A stretch of DNA of 64,000 nt from Amphiscolops sp. MND2022 (taxonomy: Eukaryota). Made by a program: the position numbers and the translations under genes. This document shows positions 1 through 11,917 of the stretch, piece after piece; position 1 is the first letter of the stretch, and every line of letters starts with the position of its first letter. The stretch lies in the NCBI GenBank assembly GCA_964187785.1, contig OZ076412.1, forward strand, positions 60,512,001 through 60,576,000. Direction: 5' to 3'. The notes beneath the pieces were generated by a model. That model saw nothing but the letters and a program-made list of their open reading frames with translations. It did no database searches and was not told the DNA's origin.

Positions 1-3
1 TTT

Positions 4-693
4 TTAATGCACACGGGTGGGTAAGGTTGTATTCTTCGGTGCTAGATTATATGATACTAGAATTGTATCTAAATCGTCTCTTGCTCTTCGGCTAAGATAA
101 TTCAAGTTGAAATCGCCCATTAGGGTAATAGGAAGGTTTTCAGTGATAGCCTTATCGATACTGCAAGCTAGTTGTTCAATAAAAAAGACTTTTAGACTTT
201 TTTGCGGACAGTAGCTAATATTTATGAGCTGTCGTGTTTTACCATTCCCAGGCAAGTTGCATTCTACCCAGAGGCTTTCGAAATACGCGGGGTCTATTTG
301 GTTGAGATCGGGCCGTTCTTTGGGATTCAAATGTTTTGGCACCAGTATCATAACACCACCACCTTTTGTTTTGATAGAACAAGTTTTGTTACGATCTGTT
401 CTGAAAGTCTTAAAGATTTTCGGAGAAAATTCCCACAATTTCTTCTCATTATTTTCAGTGAGCCAGGTTTCACAGAACCCTATCACAGTGTTTTCACCCA
501 TGTAATTTACAAGTTGTTGTAATTGTATGTTTGTATGTTGCGTCCTGAACATTGATGTGAAAGAACTTAATTTTATTTGCATGCCTTTCGGAAATTGTTT
601 TGCGTTAGTATATTCTAATTGGGGCCCTGGGTTCGTTTCAATATCACCGCTTAACAGGAGTAACGAAAAGCTTTGATTTGCTGAAAAAAATAT
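4..693 (-). CDS. LINE ORF2 N-terminus: 2A-like peptide plus apurinic-like (EEP) endonuclease; RT lies outside window
   Basis: Motifs GFCETWL, RTDR..GGGVMILV, FESLWVE, YCPQ, LMGDFN; frame open from 693 through the ATG at 582. Confidence 0.9.
   Translation of the reverse strand: MFFSANQSFSLLLLSGDIETNPGPQLEYTNAKQFPKGMQIKLSSFTSMFRTQHTNIQLQQLVNYMGENTVIGFCETWLTENNEKKLWEFSPKIFKTFRTDRNKTCSIKTKGGGVMILVPKHLNPKERPDLNQIDPAYFESLWVECNLPGNGKTRQLINISYCPQKSLKVFFIEQLACSIDKAITENLPITLMGDFNLNYLSRRARDDLDTILVSYNLAPKNTTLPTRVH
622..666 (-). other. 2A-like ribosomal skipping (StopGo) peptide SLLLLSGDIETNPG/P
   Basis: Reverse complement of 622-666 translates to SLLLLSGDIETNPGP, matching D(V/I)ExNPGP, same frame as ORF 4..582. 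Confidence 0.9.
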
Positions 694-737
694 TTAGCTA
701 GTTTTGAAGCCTTGGATGGATGGTAGATTACGGCAGT

Positions 738-1865
738 TTAGTTAAACGTAGAATAGCTTAGTTGGAGGTACAATGCATTTCTAGAAGTACTGCATTGCCT
801 AAGAGGTTCTGTTTCATCTGGCGCGGGAGAAAAAGAGACCAAGATGAAAAGAACCAGTGAACAAAGTATCAGTGAATAATCAAGTTGTTTGATAGCCATA
901 TAAAAGATGTTTATAGAAAAGCTGCTATTCAAGTGTCCAGTCAACTTCAGGTCATTTCTCTCAATACGGATTGTAGTTTCGTCTATCATATCAGCATGGA
1001 ATTGTTTGTTGTTTGAGTAGATTCGTCTTTGTGCTAGAGGATTGCGTTCTCCTCGGCTGGATTGAAAGAAGCCAGATGAATCCGTTTGGCATACACCGTT
1101 TGAAGTGAGCATCAGCTGCGACAACAGTTGGTTTTTAAGCCACGGTATTCTTGTTCGGTAGTTTAGATGAACGTTGTCATGGTACATAGAGTCAAATCTC
1201 GAGATTTGCGAGATCATTTTGTGTAGCGGCAGTACTTTGAATTTGCTTTTATTCGCGAAGTGTTCTCCCAGAAGCTTATTGAGGTCGTTTATTGTATCAT
1301 TTTTGGACTTGAACTGTGGTTGATTTTTCAGAGGGAGTACTTCACACAATATAATGTTGTCTGGGTTGAATTTCTGGATGCATGCTTCGACAAGATTTGA
1401 ATAATCCTCGAAAAGTTCACTTGCTTTTTTGTCAGATTTCAATACAGAGTTTGTACCATCCTGAAGTATTAGTGTCTTGATTTCCCGTTCATTGTATTTT
1501 TTCAAAACATTGATTTTGTCTTTCGTAGTTGAACCTCTGTATGCATGCACGGCTGAGTCTTCCGGGATATTGGGATCATTTTCCAGTTTAGCGATTATGC
1601 TACTACCGAGAATAAGATTTTCGGTTTTATCGTTCAAAGGTATAAGTGACATATCTCTTACCTTTTCAGTACAATTTGATGAAGAACAGTTTACCATTGA
1701 TGATGTTGTTGATTCATGGTCGCCCGTCATCAGCTTTTGGTGAAGTCCCAGGACCACTTCTTGTATGAATTTGTCCTTATCTTCCAGTTTGCGGCAGACG
1801 TCAGAATATATTTGATAGGCATTGGGCTTCGTGAGTTCCATGAAAGCTTCGTAACTCAGGGCCAT
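738..1865 (-). CDS. LINE ORF1 with SGNH/GDSL esterase domain, running into a hydrophobic leader
   Basis: LILGSSI (block I), YRGST, LQDGTNS (block III), DNVHL (block V); esterase ORF1s are known in CR1/L2-type LINEs. Confidence 0.8.
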   Translation of the reverse strand: MALSYEAFMELTKPNAYQIYSDVCRKLEDKDKFIQEVVLGLHQKLMTGDHESTTSSMVNCSSSNCTEKVRDMSLIPLNDKTENLILGSSIIAKLENDPNIPEDSAVHAYRGSTTKDKINVLKKYNEREIKTLILQDGTNSVLKSDKKASELFEDYSNLVEACIQKFNPDNIILCEVLPLKNQPQFKSKNDTINDLNKLLGEHFANKSKFKVLPLHKMISQISRFDSMYHDNVHLNYRTRIPWLKNQLLSQLMLTSNGVCQTDSSGFFQSSRGERNPLAQRRIYSNNKQFHADMIDETTIRIERNDLKLTGHLNSSFSINIFYMAIKQLDYSLILCSLVLFILVSFSPAPDETEPLRQCSTSRNALYLQLSYSTFN

Positions 1866-1956
1866 GGTTCGAAATTTTTATAAACTATCTCGTAATATTT
1901 GAACGTATGTAGTGTAATGCAAGAAAATTGCCTTCACTGGCAAAAATGTCGAAGTA

Positions 1957-3090
1957 TTATACGAAAGGTGAAAGTTGAATTATGTCAGAACGGAAACACC
2001 TGCGCCAGTTCAAAATCCAACTCACAAGGTTCATAATTTTTGGATCGGCCAAAATTTTGTAATTGCGTTTAAAATACATTAAAAACTCCTCATTTTCGTG
2101 ATTTTTTCTCCATAGAAACTCGCAGGGATAGGTGTTGGGCATAATTCTTTGGGTACCGCGCTGCTGTTTGTTTTCGCCTCGCGCCAAAGGCAATCAATGC
2201 TTTGCCTGTGAGCTCCAGTAACAGGATCGACGAAATTGTATTGATGGTTCACAGTTTCGTGCCAAAACGTCTCAGCATCGTCCAAAATTGAGTCACCCTT
2301 CCAGTAATCGGTCATTAGGAGGGATCCAGGCTCAACGTAAGTTTCATTTCAAGCAATTAACGTTGGTGCAGACCGATCAAGCACTACTGTCATTAAAACG
2401 TTTTTGTTTCTCTGCAAATGCCACCAACAAACCAAGTTGATGGTAGAACTCTTCCAACGTGGTTTTTCCTGCGGGTGAAAAGTGACTCGTCCACCTCAAC
2501 ATTTTGACCTTCTCCACCAGATTTTGGCTGTTTTTCAAGAAATCTTCGCCATATACTTCGCGTGAATATTTTGAAAAATCAACCTCACTGCTAGGCGACA
2601 TACCCAATTCATTTTTGCAGAAGTCGATCCTTCGTTCATTTTCCGACCAGGATTAAATAAACAATAACAATATGTCAATGGCAAGTCTGGATTCTTCTAG
2701 TCAATTGTTTGTCCGAATTCCGACAGCTTGACGACATTCGCGATTTTTGCAACGCCATCTGCAGTGTTTTGTATCTTTCTCATTAATGTACAGCAGCATT
2801 TTGTGTCCTTTTTTGCAAAGTTATCTTTTTCGGAGAATTTTTTGTTGTTGTAGAGAAGTTTTTGCTCCGCGAATTGTCTTTGTTTTGCTGATCGATTCCA
2901 TCAAGTTGACCATTTTATGGACAATTGAGTATTTCAATATTTTCAGTTGTACGTTCAAATCATTTCATCATTCTAATAGCCAATCAAATTGCCTTAATTA
3001 TTAGGGTAACTCCAACTGAAAATCATTTGTTTTTTTTTGGGGGGGGGGGAGATTAAAACTTTTGGGCTCAGTGCGGGGGGTGGCACTTAA
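1957..3090 (-). mobile_element. Merlin (IS1595/IS1016-like) DNA transposon remnant; transposase pseudogene ~2913->1957
   Basis: Across frameshifts: CxxxH..CRWRC Zn region, [51 protein letters not shown]; candidate TIR gggggtggcacttaac ~3075-3090; no partner TIR found. Confidence 0.85.
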
Positions 3091-3699
3091 CAGAAAAGAT
3101 CCTTCAATTTTTCGTAACTAGACAAACACAAACAGGCGTTTAGTTTGAAACTAATTCTAGCATTTATACTTCTCCTTTGTGATCTGTCACGCTTGACGAT
3201 AAGTTTTGACTGCAACTAAAACTGCAGCAAGGATTCATCGCAGGGTCGCTTCTGTGACACAAGTCACAAATTTACCTAGTAGTATATCGACGTCTCCAGT
3301 AATCTCATTTGCAAATTAAACCTGTTTTGAAGTTTTTCTGTTTTCAATGTTGTTCTAACTCCACAGAACTTCCGCGGCTTATCGATGAGATGCGACTTTG
3401 ATTTGAAAAATTGATTGATCAAAAAAGCTAATAAAGGTCAAACAGCGTTTAAACAGCAAAACCAAAAACTTAGATAGTATTTGTGGGCTTAAACAACGAC
3501 GTTACTAAATGAACATGTCTTTGCTTGACAAGTACATGTGCGAACTTTAGTCACTGTCTGTAAACATTGAGAATTTTCTAGAACATTTTGTCTAATTCGT
3601 CCTTTATTTAGTTTCAGACTTACTCCCTCGCCAACTAACGCTCATAACTTTTGTTCAATTCTTCAAATTTCCTCTGGTTATATTGTTCAAGTTTTCACT

Positions 3700-4700
3700 A
3701 CAGCGAACCTAGATAGCTGGTGAGGATTGGATTGACAATGTTCCTAATGCAATAATTAAGAAGAAGGCTCTCAGCTCAAAGAGATGTTCCAGTGATCTGT
3801 GGTGCAACAATACACATATTTTTAATCTCCTTTACTTTTTCAAACCCAACGATGGAGCTTCATTCGTTCTGCGATGCTTCCGAGACAATCCACAGTGCTG
3901 TGATCTAGTGCCGTTTTTCCTGTTGTGATGATTCGTACTTGGTTAGTTTACTGACGGCGAAGTCACGAGTGGCTTCTGTCAAGACTCTCAGGGTTCCTCG
4001 TCTTGAGCTTTCAGGTGCAGTCGTAAGCTGCAACGTTGGTCCACTAAACAATACTAGCCTGTCGAAGTTGCAAGTCAACATCACTCGCGTATTGTCCTAG
4101 ACAGACTCTACAATTGTGTTATCTTGGTTAGCAAGTTAACCAGGATTTTGGGTTTGTTTCGTTGCTAAATGCTTGGGTCTTTCATCCAGGAACAAGTTCC
4201 CCCTTTGCATTGAAAGCAAACACCTTCCGAGCAAAGCCCAGGGAATTGTGCTTCTAGAGGTGAGACCTCAACTAAGCTTCTGGATTTCAACCAGTCGTGG
4301 AAAGGCCCAAAATGCTTAGCCTGCAGTGAGTCACATTGGCCTCAACAACCTGTGAGTCCAGCTACAACTCCTCTGAAACGACGCAAGCGTGTATTTGGCA
4401 CTTTTCATGTGCAAAGCAAGCGTCATCCACCAGTCATTGAGGTCGAGCGTTTCTCAAATCTGGACAGCTTTCAGAGGGCACTGACATACGTGCGGCAATT
4501 TTCCAACCAATTCTGTGGCTTGGAGATGTAAACGGGCTCAACTCAACAATCAGAGCTTGTCATAACACAACACAAGCGTCTTGCCCTTCACCATAAAGTG
4601 TTATTTGAAATGGTGAATGAATTGAACTCTGGCACTTCTTCAGTCGAAGAAGCAGTTCAACGTCAGGACGCTTGACAAAAAAATTTGCAACTGCTGGTTT
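3700..4700 (+). mobile_element. BEL/Pao LTR-retrotransposon pol remnant (RNase H to integrase linker)
   Basis: LHSFCDAS (~3855), AKSRVASVKTLRVPRLEL (3957), TDSTIVLSWL, ASRG..SWKGP..HWP (~4250-4340), RFSNLDSFQRALTYV; many stops. Confidence 0.85.
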
Positions 4701-7357
4701 CTATCTCCGCAATGTCCCCTTAGCAAAAGCTTACGGAAGGGTCCAAAGCCTACGAAGTTTACGATGACACCTACAAAAGAAGATTCTTGGCGTCCAATGG
4801 CTTCTTATCAAGTTTCTCTTCACCTTTACAGTGACGCTTGCGTGGTAAAGTCTTATTTACATGAATATTTGGCCAGATCTGATCATTAAAGGACTCATCG
4901 GAAATCAAGCTGTACCATAACCTTTATCGTTGTTCCTTGTTTGCGTTCATATATCTTCTTCGCTGAACTTTGAACTTCCATGTAGCCGTTTGAAGATTCA
5001 AGGTGGGCGGTTACTTCTGGCATGTTGACTGCCACATTCTTTCTTCTTTTTTTTTGTTGAAGGGACAATAAACGGAGAATTCTCAACTTTATGCTTCCTC
5101 TCACCCTGAAACTTCGAAAGTCAGCAACAATCACGCAGTTATGTTCCCTCGATTCTGATGCTGTAGCTCAAAATGTGGCAAACATTCCGATACTTCTCCG
5201 ACTGAAATAATTGTATTCAAAGACGAGCATGTCCAACAAAACCTTTAGATGCTTGATTTCGATGAAAACTTTGAAACTGATTCTGATCCAAGATGTGGAA
5301 TTATCTTATTCTTGGACTCAATCGCATTACCTTCAATAACTCAAACTTCATTGTAATGGTGTTTCGCTCCATGTTTACTTTCCTTTGGACCTACTGTTTA
5401 CAAACTAAAACGTTAATATATGAAAATATCTCTGTCGGACAGATACTTGTGCGATCTTTAGTCACTGTTTGTTACCATTGTGCATTGTGAATGTTCTAGA
5501 ACGTTTTGCCTTTTTCGACGTTCATTCAGTTTCAAACTTGTTTCATTGCCAACTAACGCTTCAATTCACTTGTTGAATTCTTCAAACTTATCTTTTCAAA
5601 ATACGAGTGTTGGAATAACTTTAATTGACCTCGTAACAGATTCTGAGCGGTCATCTAGCGGACAAACTTTTCGGCTGAATAGATTTAATCAATAAACCAA
5701 AAATACGGAAATGTGACAAACGGAACACAATATAACTAATTGCCTCCAATCTTTTACGAATAGTTGAAGGAACGATGTCATATCCGGATAGTCTACTTTG
5801 ACTTATGTTTGAAATGGCAATTTCTGTATAACAATACTTTGTTTTTCTCTGCATGAGAAGAACCTTGCATCATGCTGATCAGTTTGAACAAAAGTTTACA
5901 TCAGAGTTCTTTGATAACGCCTGGACTTCGATGATTTCTAAAAGTTTTATTGGATCTCATCAATGACCTTTCATGGAAAACCATATGAATTGGTGTAATA
6001 CTAATGCTGATAGGAACACCTTCGATCACGAAATACTTCAGTTCAATTTATGATTTACCAAGTTCAAAACATATTCTCAAAAGATCGAGTGGTTCCTATT
6101 TGGGTTAGAAAAACTGTCCCCAGAAAGAATGCATAATCTCACTAAGAATTGGTCTACCTGTCGGGAGATTTAGATGCTTTCGATTAAGAAGTAGTCCGAA
6201 AAGTAGCTAAAATTTTGCAAGTTTCACAAGATTTTGTCCTCAAAGTCCTTGAGGCTGCTGTTCGAACACTCTTCAAACTTTACAAACCCCACAAAATATT
6301 GAAAAACCAGTTGTTATAACTTGTCGACATAAAAAGACCATATGGTAAAAAGGACCTCAAATTGAAAATACCAACAACTGCCATCTTTTGCTGGAGGGCG
6401 CTTGGCAAAGTATTTAAACATCTAAAAATCAATGATGCTTCGAAAATTATAGTAGCGAGCTTTTACTCAGAATAAGGAAAACTGCCTACTCTTGATCAAA
6501 TTCTATAGTATGAAAAGTGACTTTGTTTTTCAGGTTTCGGGATGTTTTCGAATTAGAACTTTCAAAACTCAAACAAGTAAGGAAAAGGAAAAAGGCTTGA
6601 TAGAAGTGCGTGTTGTTGGTGCGCATGCAGAAATCCAGCAAAGAAGGAAGGTTGTTGAAGAAGGTCATAGACGCAACCCACAGAAGAATCCATTTGCGGA
6701 CAGTGCAGGTCACAAAAGCCTCGACCTGAGGAATGTTAAGTACAGCGAATGTCACGTTGGTTATGAAGTGAACCCAAAACTGGAAAAAGATGCACACGTC
6801 ATTGCTCTCGTATTTTCGCAAGATGGTGTTTGATTGGTGATACTTCAGGGATGCTGTGCGCAACACCAGTGCCGAAGTCACCGGCCCTGCCAGAATCCAC
6901 ACATGTCTCAACTCAATCCAAGTCACATCCATTTCGGCAAGTTCTTGTCCTTTTTATAATTTCCACTACATCCTTCAATCAAAGTTTGTATCAAACACAT
7001 GCATATGCATTGCAAACAGAGAAGAGATGATAAACTTTGTTGGTAAATACAGACTTTCTGCAATGAAGTAGCTGTTAAAACTATTTTTGTCTTTACGCCC
7101 TATAAGACACCGCTACCCTAATTGAGACTGCTGACACTTTCAGCATGCTGCAGGCCTGTACGCAGTGTAATTTTTTTTATCAAACCTAGAAACTTCAGAA
7201 AGGTTCTGGTGGTAGATCTTGATATAAATAGGCTATCTTTTCGAAAATACTTGTTACTATTTCGAAATTTAACAACTTAGAACAAGCTCATATAATACAA
7301 TCTTCAAAACATTCTTTAAAAATTTATATTGCAAAATTTGAAAAGATCAGGAGATAT

Positions 7358-7760
7358 TGTAACGATAAGCGCTAAGCGTTTGGTCCAAACAAGAGGTGGA
7401 GGACCAATACCATGGATATGGTCCGGGACTGAAACCACCAAAGCATTGGCCCATTACACTTCTTAAGGGTTGCCGGTCCCGAGGAGGGGGAACCGTCTTG
7501 CCAGACGCTCTCTAGCCTGACACCAGTCTGTAACTGGTACTACTTACAGGTATTACTCTTAAATGGATGGACTAGTAACCACCACAGAAATAATTTATAA
7601 AACTAGATCTTTTGATAACTGAATTTGCTCCAGAGTGAGAATCTATAAAACCAAGAAAATGGGATAATTGAAGACAATAATAGCTCTCGAGCATAATAAT
7701 ATACAAACATCAATTAGCACGCAAAATTAGGATAATTCAGTCCACTTTGGTGGAATACAG
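7358..7760. repeat. LTR-like segment starting TGTAACG
   Basis: TG start like the other LTR-like segments, TATA-like tataaaa motifs; end and TSD not identified. Confidence 0.3.
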
Positions 7761-8279
7761 GGTCTTTGAGGCATCAGCGCTCGAGCTGGGCACAACTCCG
7801 GCCACCGGCAAATATCTCAAGCTGTCATCTGGAATGCAGGTTGTGCAGCCAAAAAAGTCACGTTTTTCGGCGACCTTCCGTCAAACACCGTATTTTTTCC
7901 ACGTTTCAGTTGTTTCGTTCACTGCTTTGCTATTCAGTCGTCTCGCGAGGCGCCTCTGTTGCTTTTTTGTTGTTTCTGCGGGCAAATAGTTTGTCAAATC
8001 ATGCTCAGGATGCCACGTCAGATTCGAACGATTTTTTTGAGAACTGCCAAAAATTTCCGTTGACCGGCGGTTTCTGTTAGATTTTTCCGTCAAAATTATT
8101 TTGAAATCGAAAAAATGTACGTGGGTCAAAACATAAAACTAAAATATGATGTTTTGAAAAAAGCTCTCGACCAATAAAATGAGCGCGTGAGACTTAATCC
8201 ATTAGTCAATTCGACTTGTTTATTATTCGCTTCAATTTCTTGTGCCATGTTGTTTCTTCTAAAGTCACTACCTTGGAAC

Positions 8280-8836
8280 CTTGTGTAAGAACCACAACCT
8301 GTGGTGTCTCTAAAATCTCCTACGGACCTAAAGTCCTTTTTAGCGATCTTCGTTTTGGGCCCAGATGCGTTTTCCCTGTTTTCCTGACTATTAGGGGGGG
8401 ACATACTGTCCTCAATGTCCCTGTGACCTGCAGACGACATTGAATTTGCTATATTTTGAATCTCCGGGATGACTCTTTCAGCTATAGCTGTAATAATAGC
8501 CCTGTTTATCTGACTACGCAATATGGAAATCATTGAGTCCATCTCTTGGGACAGCCTAAGATTGAATTCATTTGAAAGAGCCTCGGAGGACTGTCTAACA
8601 TCGTTTTGCCTCATAGAGCTATTTTCATATGAGAAATTACCGTACTCCTCTCTATGGTACGTATTTGTATTTGCGTCCCCTTGGACCGATGATTGCTCTA
8701 CAGCGTCAGCTCATTGTCTTTCAATGGGATTGTGATCATCATTTCCCAACATTACGTCTAAGTTATCATAGTCGGACATCATGTCCATTTCTCTAGATTT
8801 CCTGGCTTTTACCTTTTGTTTTCTTGTTGAAGGCAT
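8280..8836 (-). pseudogene. Truncated, more diverged copy of Gypsy-1 gag N-terminus
   Basis: MPSTRK..RLSQEMDSMISILRSQINRAIITAIAERVIPEIQ; matches 9650-10203 and 23050-23596. Confidence 0.85.
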
Positions 8837-8890
8837 AAAAAATTGTTACAGGATAAAAATGTAAATTATCTTTTAGCTTGCAAATTTAGC

Positions 8891-10203
8891 GAGGCCATAG
8901 TAGCCATTGGCAAGTCATCTGATTCTTCTAATGCATTGAGTTCTAGTTCTCTTTCAAGATGAGCGACAATCTCTTTGTACGTTCCATTCTCAAATCGGGC
9001 CATGTTGACGGATCGTTTTAGCTTTGGTGGCAGTTTCGCGTATAGCAAACTGTCAATCATGCTTTTGGCATTTTCACCAAAAGCTTTTCCGGCCCCTTGG
9101 TTCAATACTTCCAAGAAGTCCGGCAATTTCATGGTATTTGGGTCGAAAGTCAATCGATGCCACTTGTGTTTTGCCGTTGCTTGGGATTCCGGTTTAACGT
9201 ACTTTCTCCGGAATATGACCAGTACGTCCTCTAGAGTCTTACGGTTGATGGAATTAATGTTCCTGAACGTCTGTAATGCCCGTTTTCTTAGGAATGAATG
9301 GAAGTGAATGATTTTCATCTGTTCTGTCATTGCGGGTTGCATTTTGATCATCGTGTGGAACAAGTCCTCGAAAAGCTCAAATTTTTCGCTTTTCCCGTCG
9401 AATGTCATTGGCGTGGTTTGGACTGGTCTAGTGGTCATGGATTGAGGTTTATTTTGTAAATTGACCAATACATCAGCTAACCTGTTGAGCGGGTCCTGTG
9501 AAGGCTCATGGACCTCGTGGTCTGGGGCTGGCAGAGTCGCGTCCAGAGAGACATTATGGTTAGATTGTTGCCTCTCCAGGTTTGGGATTGAGGGGATTCG
9601 TCCAGTCAGAAATTCAGGAATTTGCTGTTGGGTGTCAATAGCTCCTGTCACCATGTAAGAACCACAATCTGTGGTGTCCCTCAAGTCTCCTACGGACCTA
9701 GAGTCCTTTTTAGCGTTCTTCGTTTTGGGCCCGGATGCGTTTTCCCTGTTTTCCTGACTATTAGGGGACATACTGTCCTCAGTGTCCCTGTGACCTGCAG
9801 ACGACATTGAATTTGTTATATTTTGAATCTCGGGGATGACTCTTTCAGCTATAGCTGTGGTAAAAGCCCTGTTTATGTGACTATGCATCATGGACATCAT
9901 TCAGTCCATCTCTTGAGACAGCCTAAGATTGAATTCATTTGAAAGAGCCTCGAAGGACTGTCTAACATCGTTTTGCCTCATAGAGCCCTTTTCATATGAG
10001 AAATTACCGTACTCCTTTGTATAGTACGTATTTGTATTTGCGTCCCCGTGGACCGATGATTGCTCTACAGCGTCAGCTAATTCTCTATCAATGGGATTGT
10101 TATCATCATTTCCCAACATTACGTCTGAGTTATCATAGTCGGACATCATGTCCATTTCTCTAGATTTCCTGGCTTTTGCCTCTTGTTTTCTTGTTGAAGG
10201 CAT
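8891..10203 (-). pseudogene. Gypsy-1-family gag (N-terminal extension plus capsid-like region), truncated before zinc knuckles
   Basis: ORFs 9901..10203 and 8866..9900 separated by in-frame TGA; MTFDGKSEKFELFEDLF..HKWHRLTFDP; near-identical to 22300-23596. Confidence 0.9.
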
Positions 10204-11170
10204 GAGAAATTGTTACAGGATAAAGATGTAAATTATCTTTTAGCTTGCAAATTTAGTGTAATATTACTAAACGGTAAGTAACTTTAACATGTAGTATCAT
10301 TCAACAATTGTGTCCCCGTGACTAAATGTCCCGGCTATATACATTAGAAACTACATGACATTCAAAATTTGAGTCGTCATATTCTAAAAATAGCCTTGAG
10401 GGCTTTCTAAAAATAGCAACAATTCTAAAAATAGCAACGGTTAACTAGTGACATCATCATGATGCGAGTGACTTCAAAAGAGTTTTCCCGACAGACAACG
10501 TGTTGGCAGGAAGCCCGTGTGTCTACTAGACATATTAACATCGTACCTATACTAAAGCAGATTACATGCGTTTCAACATTTTACATGAGATTTATCAATT
10601 GCACGCTACATTTCATTAATATTTGCGGTATTTTGACACTAAGTGTCCATTTTATAAGAAATTAAAGGCCTTTCCAAGTTCCAAGTAAGTGTACTTGTTA
10701 TTTAGCACCTTTAATTCAAAAATGGACTCAGCGTCCGATCGACATGGCAGTCCTTATTTTATTTGTTGACAGGCAGCTAATGGCCGTCTAGTCCATTGAT
10801 CAAAGCGCCACATAAAGTATAAAATAAGAGCACTGGTTATTTATATACTGCACTCTGACTGGTTGAAGCTCATTCGGACTTGCTGTCCAATGCGACAGGC
10901 GAGGAAACATTTGAACACGTTTCCTCTACCTGTACGCCTTGGTGTCCAATTTACTAGCAACGTACAATTAGCGCCGGTATTACATAACACTAAATCATAA
11001 CTTTAAATGATATTTTACAATCAAAGTAAGTAAATTACATGACTTCTAAAGTATGAATGCAGTTTAGTTTAGGAGTTTGAATTTTAAAGGATTGTGCTGG
11101 GTAGGGCTTTTTGATAGTCATGGCAAATAGAATACATGTTGCTATCACAGGCGGACGCCTGGGAGACTCC
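8891..11170. repeat. Direct repeat copy A (~2.3 kb) of 22300-24550: gag 5' part, ~880-bp spacer, 3' end of ORF-X
   Basis: Base-by-base correspondence, mid-to-high 90s % identity by eye. Confidence 0.9.
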
Positions 11171-11917
11171 CCCTCGGATTAGCATGAAGCAGCCCACCTT
11201 CATCCCTTCTAGAAACGCTAGTCTTCTGGCATTAAATTGCTCTGGAGATTCCCCTCGGACGGCCGTCTTGTGAAGGTAGTCGATCACTGCTTCATTTTGA
11301 TTCCGTTCAACAGATTTTCCGCAGATGAGGCAGTCTGTGCAGCCCGTGATGTAAGGGTTGTCATCGCCGCTTGGTCCTTTAAAATGGATTCCACTCGGGC
11401 ATTGTTGCTTTTTGCCCGTAGAAGATTCTGTGACCGCTCTCCAGTCGCCTGTAGGGTATTTGTCCATTGCGGGGGGTGACATTGGTGTGTCCACCATCGG
11501 GATTATTTGGCTGCAAATGTTGATCTGGTGGTCGTTTCTGAGTCTTGAGTCTCTTGCAACTGGCCCTCTCCCCATCCCTAGGTCGAAGTATCCAGCGTCG
11601 AACATGGGTCCGGGGATGTATGAAAGCCTGGGGGTCCCTACACGATTTTCCCCTTGTTGTTCTGAGCAAGAGGGCACTCGGATGCTCTCTGAGGTCGTTG
11701 GGAGTCCCATTTGCCTTTCTATGCACTCAGCTAGTAGGGCCACCTCATCATCGTTGGACAGAGAGTCCAGGTTGTCCACTGCCGCGCTGCTCGCACATTC
11801 CATCTCGTCGTCGCTGGATATATAGATTATCCCGTCTCCCGGGGCTGCTCCCTGGAAATCATCTGGGTAGTATTCAGAAGACTCCGAGTCAAAATGGCTT
11901 GATAGGAACTTGTCCAT
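11084..11917 (-). CDS. Orphan ORF-X (~277 aa from ATG 11917), acidic N-terminus and CTDCLIC motif, associated with Gypsy-1
   Basis: Intact ORF; its 3' end is repeated at 24453-24550 upstream of the other gag copy. Confidence 0.6.
   Translation of the reverse strand: MDKFLSSHFDSESSEYYPDDFQGAAPGDGIIYISSDDEMECASSAAVDNLDSLSNDDEVALLAECIERQMGLPTTSESIRVPSCSEQQGENRVGTPRLSYIPGPMFDAGYFDLGMGRGPVARDSRLRNDHQINICSQIIPMVDTPMSPPAMDKYPTGDWRAVTESSTGKKQQCPSGIHFKGPSGDDNPYITGCTDCLICGKSVERNQNEAVIDYLHKTAVRGESPEQFNARRLAFLEGMKVGCFMLIRGGVSQASACDSNMYSICHDYQKALPSTIL

Larger units (their letters stand above)
1..1900 (-). mobile_element. 5' portion of an APE-type non-LTR retrotransposon (L2/CR1/Crack-like), continuing beyond window start
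   Basis: SGNH-esterase ORF1 followed by 2A peptide and APE endonuclease; the 5' boundary is approximate. Confidence 0.85.

Noticed and set aside
6486-7071. Overlapping ORFs as a possible host exon
   Set aside because: No recognisable domain or consistent splice structure
10204-11083. Spacer upstream of gag as the Gypsy-1 LTR with PBS
   Set aside because: No TG..CA boundaries or tRNA-complementary TGG found, and the repeat continues into ORF-X; LTR position left unresolved
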